Origin: Eledone cirrhosa
Taxonomy: Eukaryota
Length of the DNA stretch: 64,000 nt
Reading direction: 5' to 3'
NCBI GenBank assembly: GCA_964016885.1
Contig: OZ024742.1
Location: 183,520,001-183,584,000 of the forward strand
Shown: piece by piece, positions 39,630 through 53,603 of the stretch
Position numbering within the stretch: the first letter of the stretch is position 1
How the letters are laid out: each line of letters starts with the position of its first letter
Position numbers and translations under genes: made by a program
The notes under the pieces: model-generated
The model's input: the letters and a program-made list of their open reading frames with translations, nothing else
What the model was told of the DNA's origin: nothing
The model's database searches: none

Positions 39630-39805
39630 TTGTTTCTAGTTTTGGCAGAATGCCAGCAATCACCCAGTACGTTAATGGTATTTTATTTTATCGACCCGTA
39701 AGAATGAAAGGCAAAGTTAACCTCTGCGTGATTTGAACTCAGACCGTAAAGGGACGTAACTATGCTAGTAAGCATGGCGCCCGACTCTCTACCGATATTG
39801 TCAAT
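39630..39805 (-). mobile_element. SINE
   Basis: Matches SINE consensus. Confidence 0.88.
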
Positions 39806-40219
39806 ATTTACTAAACTGTATTGGTAGCAATCTCAGCTAGTGCCAACCCAGCATGGCTGGCGAGCGAGTATGTGTGGCTACATTTCTAGGCAGACCAGAT
39901 GAAGTGTCGAAAGAAGACTATATATTGCGGAGTCGAAAAGCGGAATATCTCCGGTGGTCGAAATATCTTGTATGTTTAAAAATTAGGTTGCCCAGAAACA
40001 TTAAACATTTTCAACTCTCCTCTTGTTCGACACTCTGGCACCGGGAGCTTCCTACAATAAAATATTATCTTGGTTTTCGGCTGTGAGCCCCCAGGTCAGT
40101 ATTTTGGTGGTCGCGTGCGGCAGACTAAGAATACCATCGTAGGAAAAATATGTTGAGGTTTCGCTACACACACACACACACGCGCGCGCACACATACACA
40201 TACACGCACACACACACAC

Positions 40220-40324
<105 letters not shown>

Positions 40325-40477
40325 ATATATATATATATATATATGAGCTAAGCCGTCGAGTCCCGACTCTTTATAATATAGCCATACTCTACTACACCAA
40401 GTATCGAGTACTCTGTTGAGTACTAACTAGTTTCAAACTGGTTCTATGCCGATTCATATATATATATATATATATAT

Positions 40478-41488
40478 AAGTGCGGCCGAAACTCGAGTCC
40501 GGGAACTATTATAGGCACCCGTTTTACGTGTGTTGTATTGAAACGAATAACTATGTGTATACTCTGGCAATGTATCTTACATTGCCCATGGAGTACGCTG
40601 AGATACAACCGGTCCTGGCATTGATAAATATGCTGGGTCCGTCAACTCCTTATTATCATCATCTTCCAACTAGCGGACTCTTGAGAGTAAGTTAAACAAT
40701 TTTTCACTTTTTTATTGTGTTTCTGTTTTGATATGCGCTCTAATTTCCTGCTATTAATTTTATCTCTCACTCTTTTAAGTTGTAAAATAGACTGGTTTTT
40801 ACGCACGCGGCTGACACATTTCAGCCCGCTATTATCTCGCTCTATAATGGATAATCGCATTTAAAGTCCGTTAAAGGTTCTTGGCACTACCATAGTTACT
40901 ATCGCATTCCTCTAGCCATGGGACGTGGAGACATGAGCTGAAAGCTACCATTCTATTATACATCGATGTGGACTGCTATTTCTAACAACCATCATTTCAC
41001 CTCTTAATAATTTGTGTGTGAGACACGTTGGCTGAGACTTTTGACGGGAACGAAAAGATCGGGTTTCTATTCTCCCGCCACCACCTAAAGTTTGTAAATC
41101 GGTGGCTAGTCGAGAGACAGAGTTGTATCGGGTTCCAGTTGCTAGTCGCTTTACCGCATCGGTTGTCACAAACAGTCATGACCGGCATGGACTGGGGTTT
41201 GTATTCTGTCGATTGATTGGTTATTGGTTAGGCGATACCCGCTGATGAAGCCGCATAAGCCGATTGTGCATTGTTGCATAATATATGCAGACGGATGGTG
41301 CAGTGCACCTTACTGCTGCATTAAGTGCGGCCGAAATTCGAGTCCGGGTACTATTATAGGCACCCGTTTTACGTGTGTTGTATTGAAGCGAATAACTATG
41401 TGTATACTCTGAAAATGTATTGCCCATGGAGTACGCTGAGATACAACCGGTCCTGGCATGGATAAATATGCTGGGTCCGTCAACTCCT

Positions 41489-41494
<6 letters not shown>
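40478..41494 (+). mobile_element. ORF-less retrozyme-like / non-autonomous PLE-type element with terminal direct repeats (40478-40665, 41323-41494)
   Basis: Direct repeats begin inside hammerhead helix II; bounded by (TA)n on both sides; no credible ORF. Confidence 0.8.
41236..41350 (+). ncRNA. Type I hammerhead with branched helix II
   Basis: TACCCG-CTGATGA-aGCCGCA..TGCGGCc-GAAA-TTCGAG-TC-CGGGTA; upstream half-copy has perfect palindromic helix III ACTCGAGT; GUC site at 41344. Confidence 0.85.
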
Positions 41495-41534
<40 letters not shown>

Positions 41535-41571
41535 ACTGATATAATAGCTTTGTGTATTTGTCCGTCACATA

Positions 41572-41835
41572 CTAGAGATGACTGAAGAAGGAAGGGGTGA
41601 TTATGTCGACTAAAGAAGGAGGGGTGATTGCGTCGACTGAGGAAGGAAGGGGTGTGTAATACAGACACATCTATGTGATGACCGAGGAAGGTGGGTGAGA
41701 AACTATAGTAGTCCAGCGTTCTAAGATTCGTCACAGCTGTATGTTTATGTGTTTGTAGCTCTCGTGTGAGTGAGCGTGAAGGAACCCAGCCAGCCAATCA
41801 ACAAACAAACATCTCTTTTTTATATTATGTATAGA
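41572..41835 (-). mobile_element. Possible short non-autonomous Helitron
   Basis: Minus strand A|TCTATACATAATATAAAA..(GTTT)n..CTAG|T; internal ~28-bp tandem repeats; 3' hairpin not evident. Confidence 0.35.
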
Positions 41836-42291
41836 TATTACAATTAGCCGTCATTTTTTTGGCAGCATGAGAGGCCATCTACTATATATATATGCAAAAC
41901 GTCAACAAAAGAGAACAATACAGTACAATGATGATATATGTATTTGTTTAACGCTTGATACAGTAAGAGAAGCGTTATAATGTTTCTGACGTTCATCCTT
42001 CATTGGAAGATAAAATGACAGATAGAAAAACTAGTAGAAAGAAAGATGAGAATAAGACAAAGAAGGGGCGAAAATTTGTTAACAGCTTAACTTATCTTTA
42101 CATTAGCTTTGGCTTCATAGACGTAAACACATTTAAATATTTCAAGTGCAAAGTTTTAAACACATTTAAATCTATGCAAGCACCGGTAATGCAGAGATAA
42201 GTCAAACTGTTAACATAAATACTGTCAACTTCTACATCATATGTTGATTGCACTTTTCTTCCGTTTGTACCTACACCTATATATATATATA

Positions 42292-42394
<103 letters not shown>

Positions 42395-42802
42395 CGAAAG
42401 AATTGTGATGGTAAGGAACCAGATGGTCCATAACGCACCAGAGTACTCAATACTTAGGGTAGTAGAGTGGGTAATAGGAGAAAGTATGACTTTCACCTAT
42501 ATATATATATATATATATATGAAGTAATTCCGTCGGAAAGGTCCAGGAAAAAATAGTGCTCCATGTAGGTTACAGAGCTTATATATATATATATATACAC
42601 ACACACATATATATATATGCACACACACACATATATATATACATATAAATATGAATATATATATATATTTATATATAGGAACCAGTAGTATATATATACA
42701 TATATATAAATATACACACATATATGTGTATGGATATATGTATAAATAAATAGATAAATAAATAAATAATTAATAAATAAATAAATAAATATATATATAT
42801 AT

Positions 42803-43255
42803 CGAACCTTCAACCGTCAAGGTTGTTTTTCTACGGGTATGTCAACATTTATAAAACATATTTTGTATTTTATCTGATGAAAGCGCACCAAAATTGCCTT
42901 GGTTGCCCTTGAAATATATATAATTGTTTCTACTTTAGGCACAAGGCCACCAATTTACCAGTGCATTACTGGTACTTTATTTTATCGACCCCGTAAGGAT
43001 GAAAGGCAAAGTCAACCTCGGGATTTGAACTCAGATCGTAAAGGGACGTAACTATGCTGGAAAGCATGGCGTCCGACTCTCTACCGATACTGCCAATCCA
43101 CCAATTGAAATATATATAATAAAATAATTATGGTATTATAAATATAGTTTCCATTTATTACTATATTGAATATTTACTCCAGTAATTGAGTGCTTTATAT
43201 CAGTTATAAAACTTTTAAGCTTGTTGAATCCCAACAAATTAAATATAACTTCTCC

Positions 43256-43256
<1 letters not shown>
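42803..43256 (+). mobile_element. Family A hammerhead element interrupted by a SINE (42925-43104, minus strand, 16-bp TSD)
   Basis: Colinear with 56770-57093; TSD TTGAAATATATATAAT at 42909-42924 and 43105-43120. Confidence 0.9.
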
Positions 43257-43288
<32 letters not shown>

Positions 43289-43342
43289 GTTGGGAGTGAA
43301 ATTTTAGTAAGTAATTTAATTTTATAATTTTCTTATTTTACG

Positions 43343-43596
<254 letters not shown>

Positions 43597-44099
43597 TTTC
43601 AATCACATATTTTTATTTGTTTGACCCGAATTACTTGGTCGTTTCTTTGGTTGTGCGGATGATTGTTTAACCATCGTCTCAGTGTGTTTGGCCTTTAACG
43701 TATGTTATAACTCTGGTTCATCTAAATCATTGAGCGCTTGCCACACATCTCGGAAGTTGTTTTTCGTTAATTCCTAAGCCGAAATATCTATATAGTGTGT
43801 GTGGGGGTAGTATAAATGTAAACGAAACTTCCTCGTTTTTTTCTCTTATATATATATTGTATATATATATATTCAAAGAAAGCTGGTCGACAAGCCAAAA
43901 CAACGAATCATCCCCAATAAATAGCACAGAATTCAACGATGTTGGGTTACTCTGGTACTTTGCTCTGTTTTTATATACGTTTCTGCTAAATTCTCTGGCA
44001 ATCTGCCTTAACTTCTTACACTGAAGAATCACAATAAATATTATTTTGATGAGACGTGCTATGGTAAAGTGCTTTGTGACCAATCCCCAGAGACTTATA

Positions 44100-45235
<1,136 letters not shown>

Positions 45236-45659
45236 ATACACACCACACAGAGACACGCATATCTTTGTGTCAGTTCCTGGTTTTTACTGGCGTGTTGATT
45301 ATATTAACATACTGCATACCGATTTTTACCCAATGTTTCCACTTCCATATCCACGTCACATCTCTCACGTCACACCCCACACGTCACATCTCACACGTCA
45401 CACTTCACACGTCACACCTCACACGTCACACCGACATACACATATTTGAAGCTATAAAACACGTTGTATGACGTCAACTTGCTATTTATTATCGTTTGAG
45501 GTTTTTTTTAATCTAATAAGTATTCAAGTTTTGGGGCGCTTAACTAACGATGTCTTGACCCATAGCTTATCCTGATCGTTTTAACTTGGTAGAGCTATTT
45601 ATCTCCAGGTCGAAGCTGTCGATTTCTTCCAGAAAAATAAAGAGAGGAAGAGAGGAAGT

Positions 45660-45748
<89 letters not shown>

Positions 45749-46129
45749 GTATTGGGAGAGAGGGGGCGGGGAGAGAGAAAGGGGTTGAAAGAAATGATCG
45801 AAGTATTTGACTGGTACTTTATTTATCGACCTAGATAGGATGAAAAAACGATCTCGACAGGATTTACTCAAAACACATTTTTAATCATCAGAGGTCTTAA
45901 GGACACTGTCAATTCACCGTCCACGGTTATTCAGCCCTGTAAAACCTGAATACTCTTTCCCCAAACGAATTATTCTAGCCTCTACCTGAAACTACATCAA
46001 ATCATAAACCAGTCACATTTTCCAGCTTTTACTCATCTATGGAATTATGCTTAATCAAAGTTGTTTGCCTTTGAAAGGAACACTTACTTTATTCACTATA
46101 TGTATGTTGTGAGTGTGTGTGTGGCTTAG

Positions 46130-46420
46130 AGTTTAGTTCTATTCATGATGGTTCTTTGTGTCCGGGGGCAAGACTTTATTTCACGTTGTTCCCGTTCTCT
46201 AATCCGGCAAAAATGAGTTGTATCTGTAACTCACAGGGCCTGCCTTGTCACACATTGTGTCATGCTGAATCTCCCTGATAACTACGATAAGAGTGCTTGT
46301 GTCGAATCCTCAGCTACATGCACGCTAATTTCTCATGAAATTAGCGTGCATGTGAATGAAGAAATTCCGTTATTAGAAAAAGTGAAACACTCATAATCGA
46401 AACTGATAGAGGTGCATTGA
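46130..46420 (+). mobile_element. Second, degenerate SINE-like family with an internal 38-bp palindrome (46316-46353)
   Basis: GGGCAAGAC..TTTATTTCACGTTG..GCCTTGTCACAC..GCTGAATCTCCCTGA recalled from octopus repeats; single copy here. Confidence 0.45.
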
Positions 46421-46429
46421 ACTCCGCCT

Positions 46430-47760
46430 GTGTATCATACGTCACTTTCTGTAGGCATTACGTCACTTCTTGTATGTTGTACATCACTGCCTGTATAATA
46501 TACGTCACTTCCTCTACGTTGTACGTCACTGCCTGTATGTTGTACGCCATTTCCTCTACGTCGTACGCCACTGCCTGTATGTTGTACGTCATTTCCTGTA
46601 TGTTGTTCGTCACTTCCGGTGTGCTATACGTAATTTCCTATATGTTGTTCATCACTACCTGCATGTTCTACGTCACTTCCAGAAGGCTGTACGTCACTTC
46701 CTGTATGTTGTACATGAGAAGTGTGTCATTTTTACACTGCCGATATGTTGTACGTAAGAAGGCTGCCTTTTTTACACTTCCCGTATGTTGTACGTAAGAG
46801 GGTTGTCAGTTATACACTGCTTAAATGCCGTACGTCAGAAGGATATCACGTTTATACTTCCTATATGTAATACGTCAGAAGGCTATCACGTTTGTACTTC
46901 CTGTATGTTGTACGTTAGAAGGATATCACGTTTGTACTTCCTGTATGTTGTATGTAAGAGGGATATCATGTTTGTACTTCCTATATGTTGTATGTAAGAA
47001 GGCTATCACGTTTGTACTTCCTATATGTTGTATGTAAGAAGGATATCCCGTTTATATTTCCTATATGTAATACGTTAGAAGGATATCACGTTTGTACTTC
47101 CTATATGCTGTACGTAAGAAGGGTATCACGTTTGTACTTCCTGTATGTTGTATGTAAGAGGGATATCATGTTTGTACTTCCTATATGTTGTACGTAAGAA
47201 GGATTTCACGTTTGTACTTCCTATATGCTGTACGTTAGAAGGATATCACGTTTGTACTTCCTGTATGTTGTATGTAAGAGGGATATTATGTTTGTACTTC
47301 CTGTATGTTGTACGTAAGAAGGATATCACGTTTTATACTTCCTGTGTGTTGTATGTAAGAAGGATATTACGTTTGTACTTCCTGTGTGTTGTACGTAAGA
47401 GGATATCACGTTTATACTTCCTGTATGTTGTATGTAAGAAGGATATCACGTTTGTACTTCCTATATGTTGTACGTAAGAAGAATATCACGTTTATACTTC
47501 CTGTATGTTGTATGTAAGAACGATATCACGTTTATACTTCCTGTATGTTGTACGTAAGAAGGATATCACGTTTATACTTCCTGTATGTTGTATATAAGAA
47601 GTATATCAAGTTTATACTTATATGTTGTACGTAAGAAGGATATCACGTTTATACTTCCTGTATGTTGTATGTAAGAAGTATACCAAGTTTATACTTATAT
47701 GTTGTACCTAAGAAGGGTGTCGTTTTTACACTGTATGTCGTGCGCAAGAAGGATATCACC
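46430..47760. repeat. Minisatellite: 21-bp units (46430-46715) grading into 40-bp units (46715-47760)
   Basis: TGTACGTCACTTCCTGTATGT then TACGTAAGAAGGATATCACGTTTGTACTTCCTGTATGTTG. Confidence 0.92.
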
Positions 47761-48228
47761 ACGAAATAATTAATCAAATTCTTGGCTCCTAGAATAATAA
47801 GAAGTCGTTTAATATAAGAGGCCACAGCTTCAATTTGTCTGACCTTTTACCAGGCTATCGTTTATATATAGAATGTACTAGTAGTAGAATGATGCCATAA
47901 AAAAAATATTTGTCTGAATTCAGTCTAACTTATAAATTGTTATCTACAGTAGATCATCACTGTTCTTCTATAAGTTTGTATAAATAGATATTCTGTTCTT
48001 CATAAACATACAAACAGACATAAACATGAGCAATAATGTTGAATAATTGACATATTAACGTAACTTGGCAGTCACCATTAACTGGCAATGTCGAAAGCAA
48101 AAACGTCAGCATACGTTTATGCAACGCTATCGAATCACGTCATTAACACCCACGCACACACAAATACAAACATACGCACACATACATACATACATATGTA
48201 TATATATACACGCACACACATGTATATA

Positions 48229-48824
48229 TATATCATAAAACATGTCTATAGAATCACCAGATAAAATACATACCATTTCCTCTCCCTTAGGTTGAGATAC
48301 AATTTTGGCTGTATTGTGCTGCGCTTTCTAGCAAAAGGCCACCAGCCGTAAGCAACTAATCACATTCTTTCTAACCTGACCGCTGCTACGTCATGATTCT
48401 TAGCCATTTTTTAATGTATTCTTGGCGCGATCACTTTGGAGAATTTATTGTCTAAATTTGAGCTAACTTCCTGAAGAGTCCGGTGCTCTAGATGCCCGAT
48501 GCTATCAGATATCTTAAAATGCGGACGAAACCATGGTAGAGGTTACTAAACATGTTCACTTTTCTCCTAGTTTATTTTACACCTAATTATGTTTAGTTGA
48601 CTGTATATCTGGGCGATTTGTACACGCTGTCGAAATACTCGATAAATACTCCGTCGCAACCGGCGCGATGGGCTGCTTTCGGTTATTTGTCGGAGATTTC
48701 TTCATAGAAGCCTTTATTCTTATAGCTTGGTCTAATCGATTTTTTATATGGGTAATTATGCTAATTGGGAGAGGAAATGGTATATATTTTATCTGGTGAT
48801 TCTATATACATGTTTTATGATATA
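48229..48824 (+). mobile_element. ~600-bp non-coding element with ~58-bp terminal inverted repeats and a central hammerhead
   Basis: IRs 48229-48286/48767-48824; diverged relative at ~56385-56730. Confidence 0.8.
48464..48545 (+). ncRNA. Type I hammerhead, best-conserved copy
   Basis: TAACTTC-CTGAAGA-GTCCG..CGGAC-GAAA-CCATGG-TA-GAGGTTA; helix I 7 bp, G10.1-C11.1, palindromic helix III ACCAUGGU, GUA site at 48538. Confidence 0.88.
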
Positions 48825-48936
48825 TAGCTCTGATTATTTAATTTATTAACTCTTCATTGAGCCACAAAGTGACGCGTTGCAAAACACACACACACAGACA
48901 CACACAGACACACACACAAACACACAAACACACACA

Positions 48937-49067
<131 letters not shown>

Positions 49068-49136
49068 GTAAACCTTTATATATATATATATATATATATA
49101 TTTTAAAAAAATAGAGGTGTAACACACGAGTTGTGA

Positions 49137-49462
49137 TATATTAGTAAAAGGAAAAGAAAATGCTGACAAATTTTTCCCAGTGAAAAATAGTTTAATTAGG
49201 AATAAGTATAAATTAGTAATAAGTATTGGTTAGTATTCAGTTTTAGTTTTAAGTTTTTACCGGTTGCGCATTTCTCAGATTAGAGCAAACATCACGAGCG
49301 CTCTATCTCAAAATTATTTTTGAAAAGCATTAGAAATGCGCAACCGGTGAAAACGTAAAACTAAAACTGAATACTAACCAATACTTATTACTAATTTATA
49401 CTTATTCCTAATTAAACTATTTTTCACTGGGAAAAATTTGTCAGCATTTTCTTTTCCTTTTA

Positions 49463-49470
<8 letters not shown>
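49137..49470. repeat. Inverted repeat, arms 49137-49275 and 49332-49470
   Basis: Near-perfect reverse complements. Confidence 0.92.
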
Positions 49471-49500
<30 letters not shown>

Positions 49501-50095
49501 GTATACATATGCACTACTCGAATGGTAAATGTAAACGTATATATATGTATGTATGGGGACGGTGGAATCATTTCTGAATTGGAGTTGGGTGTGTGCACAT
49601 TTAGACAATTTAGTTGTAGTGATTAGTTTAGCTCTTTGCATTCTAAAATGGTCAAAAAACTTCAATATTCGATAAACTTAACATGTACATAAATTGTAGC
49701 GCATATCCAAATAGATGTGTGTTTTGGTATTTTGGGGAGAAATTATAATTATTGGAGGGGGACATGCTCCCACCCCTCAGTCAATGTATATTAAATACAA
49801 TTTACCTTACATTTTAAGATCTTTACATCCATTGTTACCAGTGAACACTTATAGGCAATAGTAAACTTGTAATGCAATTCATAATAGTTTCATTAAATCG
49901 TCAACACTGGTTAGCCCTATTATAATGGTGTAAAGTCAATATAAACTATAACACTTGTTAACCTTATTAGAATGGGTATATATCCCTACACACTATAACA
50001 ATAATGGTTAACTCTATTAATGGGTATATATCTCTGCATACTACAACACGGGTTAAACCTATTATTATAATGGTGTAAAGTTATAATGGTGCAAT

Positions 50096-50283
50096 GGCGG
50101 TGAATTGGTAGTATAGGTAGAGGGTCGGACGCCATGCTTTCCAGCATAGTTACGTCCCTTTACGATTTGAGTTCAAATCCCGCCGAGGTTGACTTTGCCT
50201 TTCATCCTTACGGGGTCGATAAAATAAAGTACCAGTAATGCACTAGGTAATTGCTGGCCTTGTGCCTAAAGTAGAAACAATTA
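50096..50283 (+). mobile_element. Full-length SINE inserted in the minisatellite
   Basis: A-box-like head, GAGTTCAAATC B box; flanking duplication ATTATTATAATGGTGTAAAGTT. Confidence 0.93.
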
Positions 50284-50859
50284 TTATAATGGTGTAAAGT
50301 TGTTCCACATTTTAAGACAGGTTAGCCCTATAATTATGGTATATATCTCTCCACAATATAGCACTAGTTAGCCCTATAATTATGGTATATATCTCTCCAC
50401 AATATAGCACTAGTTAGCCCTATAATTATGGTATATATCTCTCCACAATATAGCACTAGTTAGCCCTATAATTATGGTATATATCTCTCCACAATATAGC
50501 ACTAGTTAGCCCTATAATTATGGTATATATCTCTCCACAATATAGCACTAGTTAGCCCTATAATTATGGTATATATCTCTCCACAATATAGCACTAGTTA
50601 GCCCTATAATTATGGTATATATCTCTCCACAATATAGCACTAGTTAGCTCTATAATTATGGTATACATCTTTCCACAATATAGCATCAGTTAGCCCTATA
50701 ATTATGATCTATATCCCTTCATGCTATAACACTGGGTAGCCCTGTAATTATGGTATATATCCTTCCACAGTATGACACTAGTTACTCCTATAATTATGGT
50801 ATATATTCCTTCACGCTACACTAGCTAACCCTATAATTATGTAATATATCCCTCTACAC

Positions 50860-51201
50860 CAAGGATCCCAAACCCCCGGCCCGCGCCACATCCGGCCCGC
50901 GAAGGGTTTCAATCTGGCCCACGAAGGCCTTTATCCTGCCCACCAGGGTTCTAAAAAAGGTACAGTTTGCAATAAATTCGCACCCGATCTATCGATATTG
51001 CCGAATAAAACAATGTTTAAATGTATTTTTCTGCTTGGGACAGCTCTAAGTATCAATATTGAATTTTGTTTCAAATCTAACATAAGGGATACATAAATGA
51101 TTACTTATTTGTATATAAGTAGTATTAATTGCGCATCCGGCCCGCGGAGCCACCGCTGCATGGCTATCCAGCCCACGGACCCAAAAGGTTGGGGACCCCT
51201 G
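50860..51201. mobile_element. hAT (Charlie-like) MITE
   Basis: TIR CAAGGATCCCAAACC / GGTTGGGGACCCCTG, CGGCCCGC subterminal repeats, 8-bp TSD CTCTACAC/CCGTACAC. Confidence 0.8.
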
Positions 51202-53455
51202 CCGTACACTATAGCACCGGTGAACCATGTTATAATGAGAATATGCCCCTCCATACTATAACATTGGGCAACCCTATTATAATGGGTATATAGCCCGCCA
51301 CACTATAACAGCATTGGTTAACCTTATTAAAATGGTTTACAGTCCCTACTCATTATATCACTAAGCCTTGTTATAAAGGTATATAATCCATCCGCATTAT
51401 AACATTGGTTAGCCTCATTATATTGGTATATATCCCTCCGCACTATAATAAGACGTCGGATAGAATGCTTTACGGCTGTGTTCAGACTTGGAGAGGGTTG
51501 AGCTCCGCTAGGTTTAAAAGTGCCCTAGACATGCCGTATGACGGTGCCTCTATGACTTCACAAGGAGTTATGGGATCTTTATCATTTATCCACTATAAAC
51601 CCTATTAAAATAGTATATATCACTAAACACAAGAATTACACTGGTATACATCACCCCACACAATAGTACTAGTTAACCTTATTAAAATTGGTATACAAAC
51701 CTAATACCTAATACTCTAACACTAGTTAACCCTGTTAAGTTGAATATAGGCCATACACACTATAACAGCACCAGTTAGACCTACTGTAACATACTGTAAG
51801 GGCCTTATAGTCTATCCAAATGCGATCATACAATAGAAAACGGGAAAACAGATATTATTATAGTGAACAAAATGAGATTATGAAGGTCTCAATCATTATT
51901 TTGCTTGTTTTTTCATGACTATCAATGACGAACGTATAGCTATCTTAAGCTATCTTTATCTAAGCACAGAAAAAACTATGTATGTTCATTCTCAATTGAT
52001 TCAAACGGCAGAGAAATTGATCCCACACCGGATAGTATTTAGTTAACATATTTTAACAGACTTCCATTGATTGTCCACCCAAGGACAGAAAGTAAGATTA
52101 TAACTCGATGCCAGTGTAATTAATATCTTGACCGAATGACGAATGCCGTAGAGCAAGAGGTAAAGGGAGAGAACACTGGAAATATATCTGCCGGAACGCA
52201 GTAGGGAAGAAGGTGATTGTAAACAACTGAAGTGCTGTTTAGAACGCAGAAAACAGGCGCTATTTTGTGAAAATATATTTGAACTACAAATAAGCTAATG
52301 TAACATTATTGGCTCGAATATGCTAACTGTTTACGCGTGATACGTTAACATGTCCAGAATAAAGCTGCGATATGATCTCATCTAAAGATATTTATAATGT
52401 TATATTTGTATCAATACAGAGTGTGTAACCAAGACTGCGCCAACGTCTATAAATATATACATATATCTAATACGAAGCAAGTAAACATACCAGTAAATGC
52501 GAATTTCCTTGTAAACACCTTTAATCGATTTGTGGATCTTGTTGGACCCTCATCAAATAACGTGTACATCCTCCAACGAATCACATACTAAATATATATA
52601 TAAATAATTGTATATGAGGTCAGTCCGCTACTGCAGTCGAGTAATCCGCTATATCTCTTCTTCTTCTTCTTCTTCTTCTTCTTCTTCTTCTTCTTCTTCT
52701 TCTTCTTCTTCTTCTTCTTCTTCTTCTTCTTCTTCTTCTTCTTCTTCTTCTTCTTCTTCTTCTTCTTCTTCTCACTCCCTCTCTCTGGAAGTTCAGACGT
52801 GATGAGGTCTGGGCTCCACCAGGTATAAATGCCCATTACGGCACCTTAACGAATCCACTAAAAGTGTAAGGTCCGATTGGAAAGGCAGGGACAACGCACC
52901 TTGATCAATTTTGTTTACAAACGTTTCTATAATCTTGTAGTCTACATATAGTCGTGTTGGACGCCATTTTCTCACACCTACGACATAGTAGATTTGTTTT
53001 CTATGAATTAGCACAACCGATTCACAGACTGACAAACAGAGAGAGAGGGGGGGAGTGGAGTGGAGAGAGAGCGAGAGAGGGTGTGGAGATAAAGGGAGAG
53101 AGAAGGTGAGAGAGAGGAGGGAGAGAGAGAAAGAGAAGCATATGTACAGGTTTCGTGTATTTGTTAAACAAACATTTATTAAACAAACATATAGGACAAA
53201 TATCTACCTACCTATCTATATATCAATCTATCTATCTATTTATCTATCTATCTATCTAAATATGGTTACGTAAGGAAGAAACATTGTAAGCCAATAAAAA
53301 TCTGTTGATGTTGTAGACGCTCTTGTGTTCTTTTTCATATATACGGCTCTGCTCCAAAGCATAGAGCTAATTATTATGCTGCCAATACCTTAATGGGACA
53401 CGGGTATTCAATACCTAACTCCTATTAACCTAAGTATATCTATCTAAATAGAAAG

Positions 53456-53502
<47 letters not shown>

Positions 53503-53545
53503 CTTACCTATTTATGTATTTATATATCTATCTATCTGCCTATTT

Positions 53546-53603
<58 letters not shown>

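Larger units (their letters stand above)
49905..51790. repeat. 46-bp minisatellite, homogeneous core 50321-50700 with diverged flanks
   Basis: GTTAGCCCTATAATTATGGTATATATCTCTCCACAATATAGCACTA x ~8. Confidence 0.9.

Noticed and set aside
43727-44095. Non-repetitive ORF tail containing GDD as a possible RT fragment
   Set aside because: No other RT motifs in the expected spacing
49318-49350. U3-A8 hammerhead in the 49137-49470 palindrome (TTGAAAA..GAAATGCGCA)
   Set aside because: No helix II, no UH triplet and no helix I
52793-53035. 80-aa ORF in unique-looking sequence
   Set aside because: No recognisable motif or splice structure
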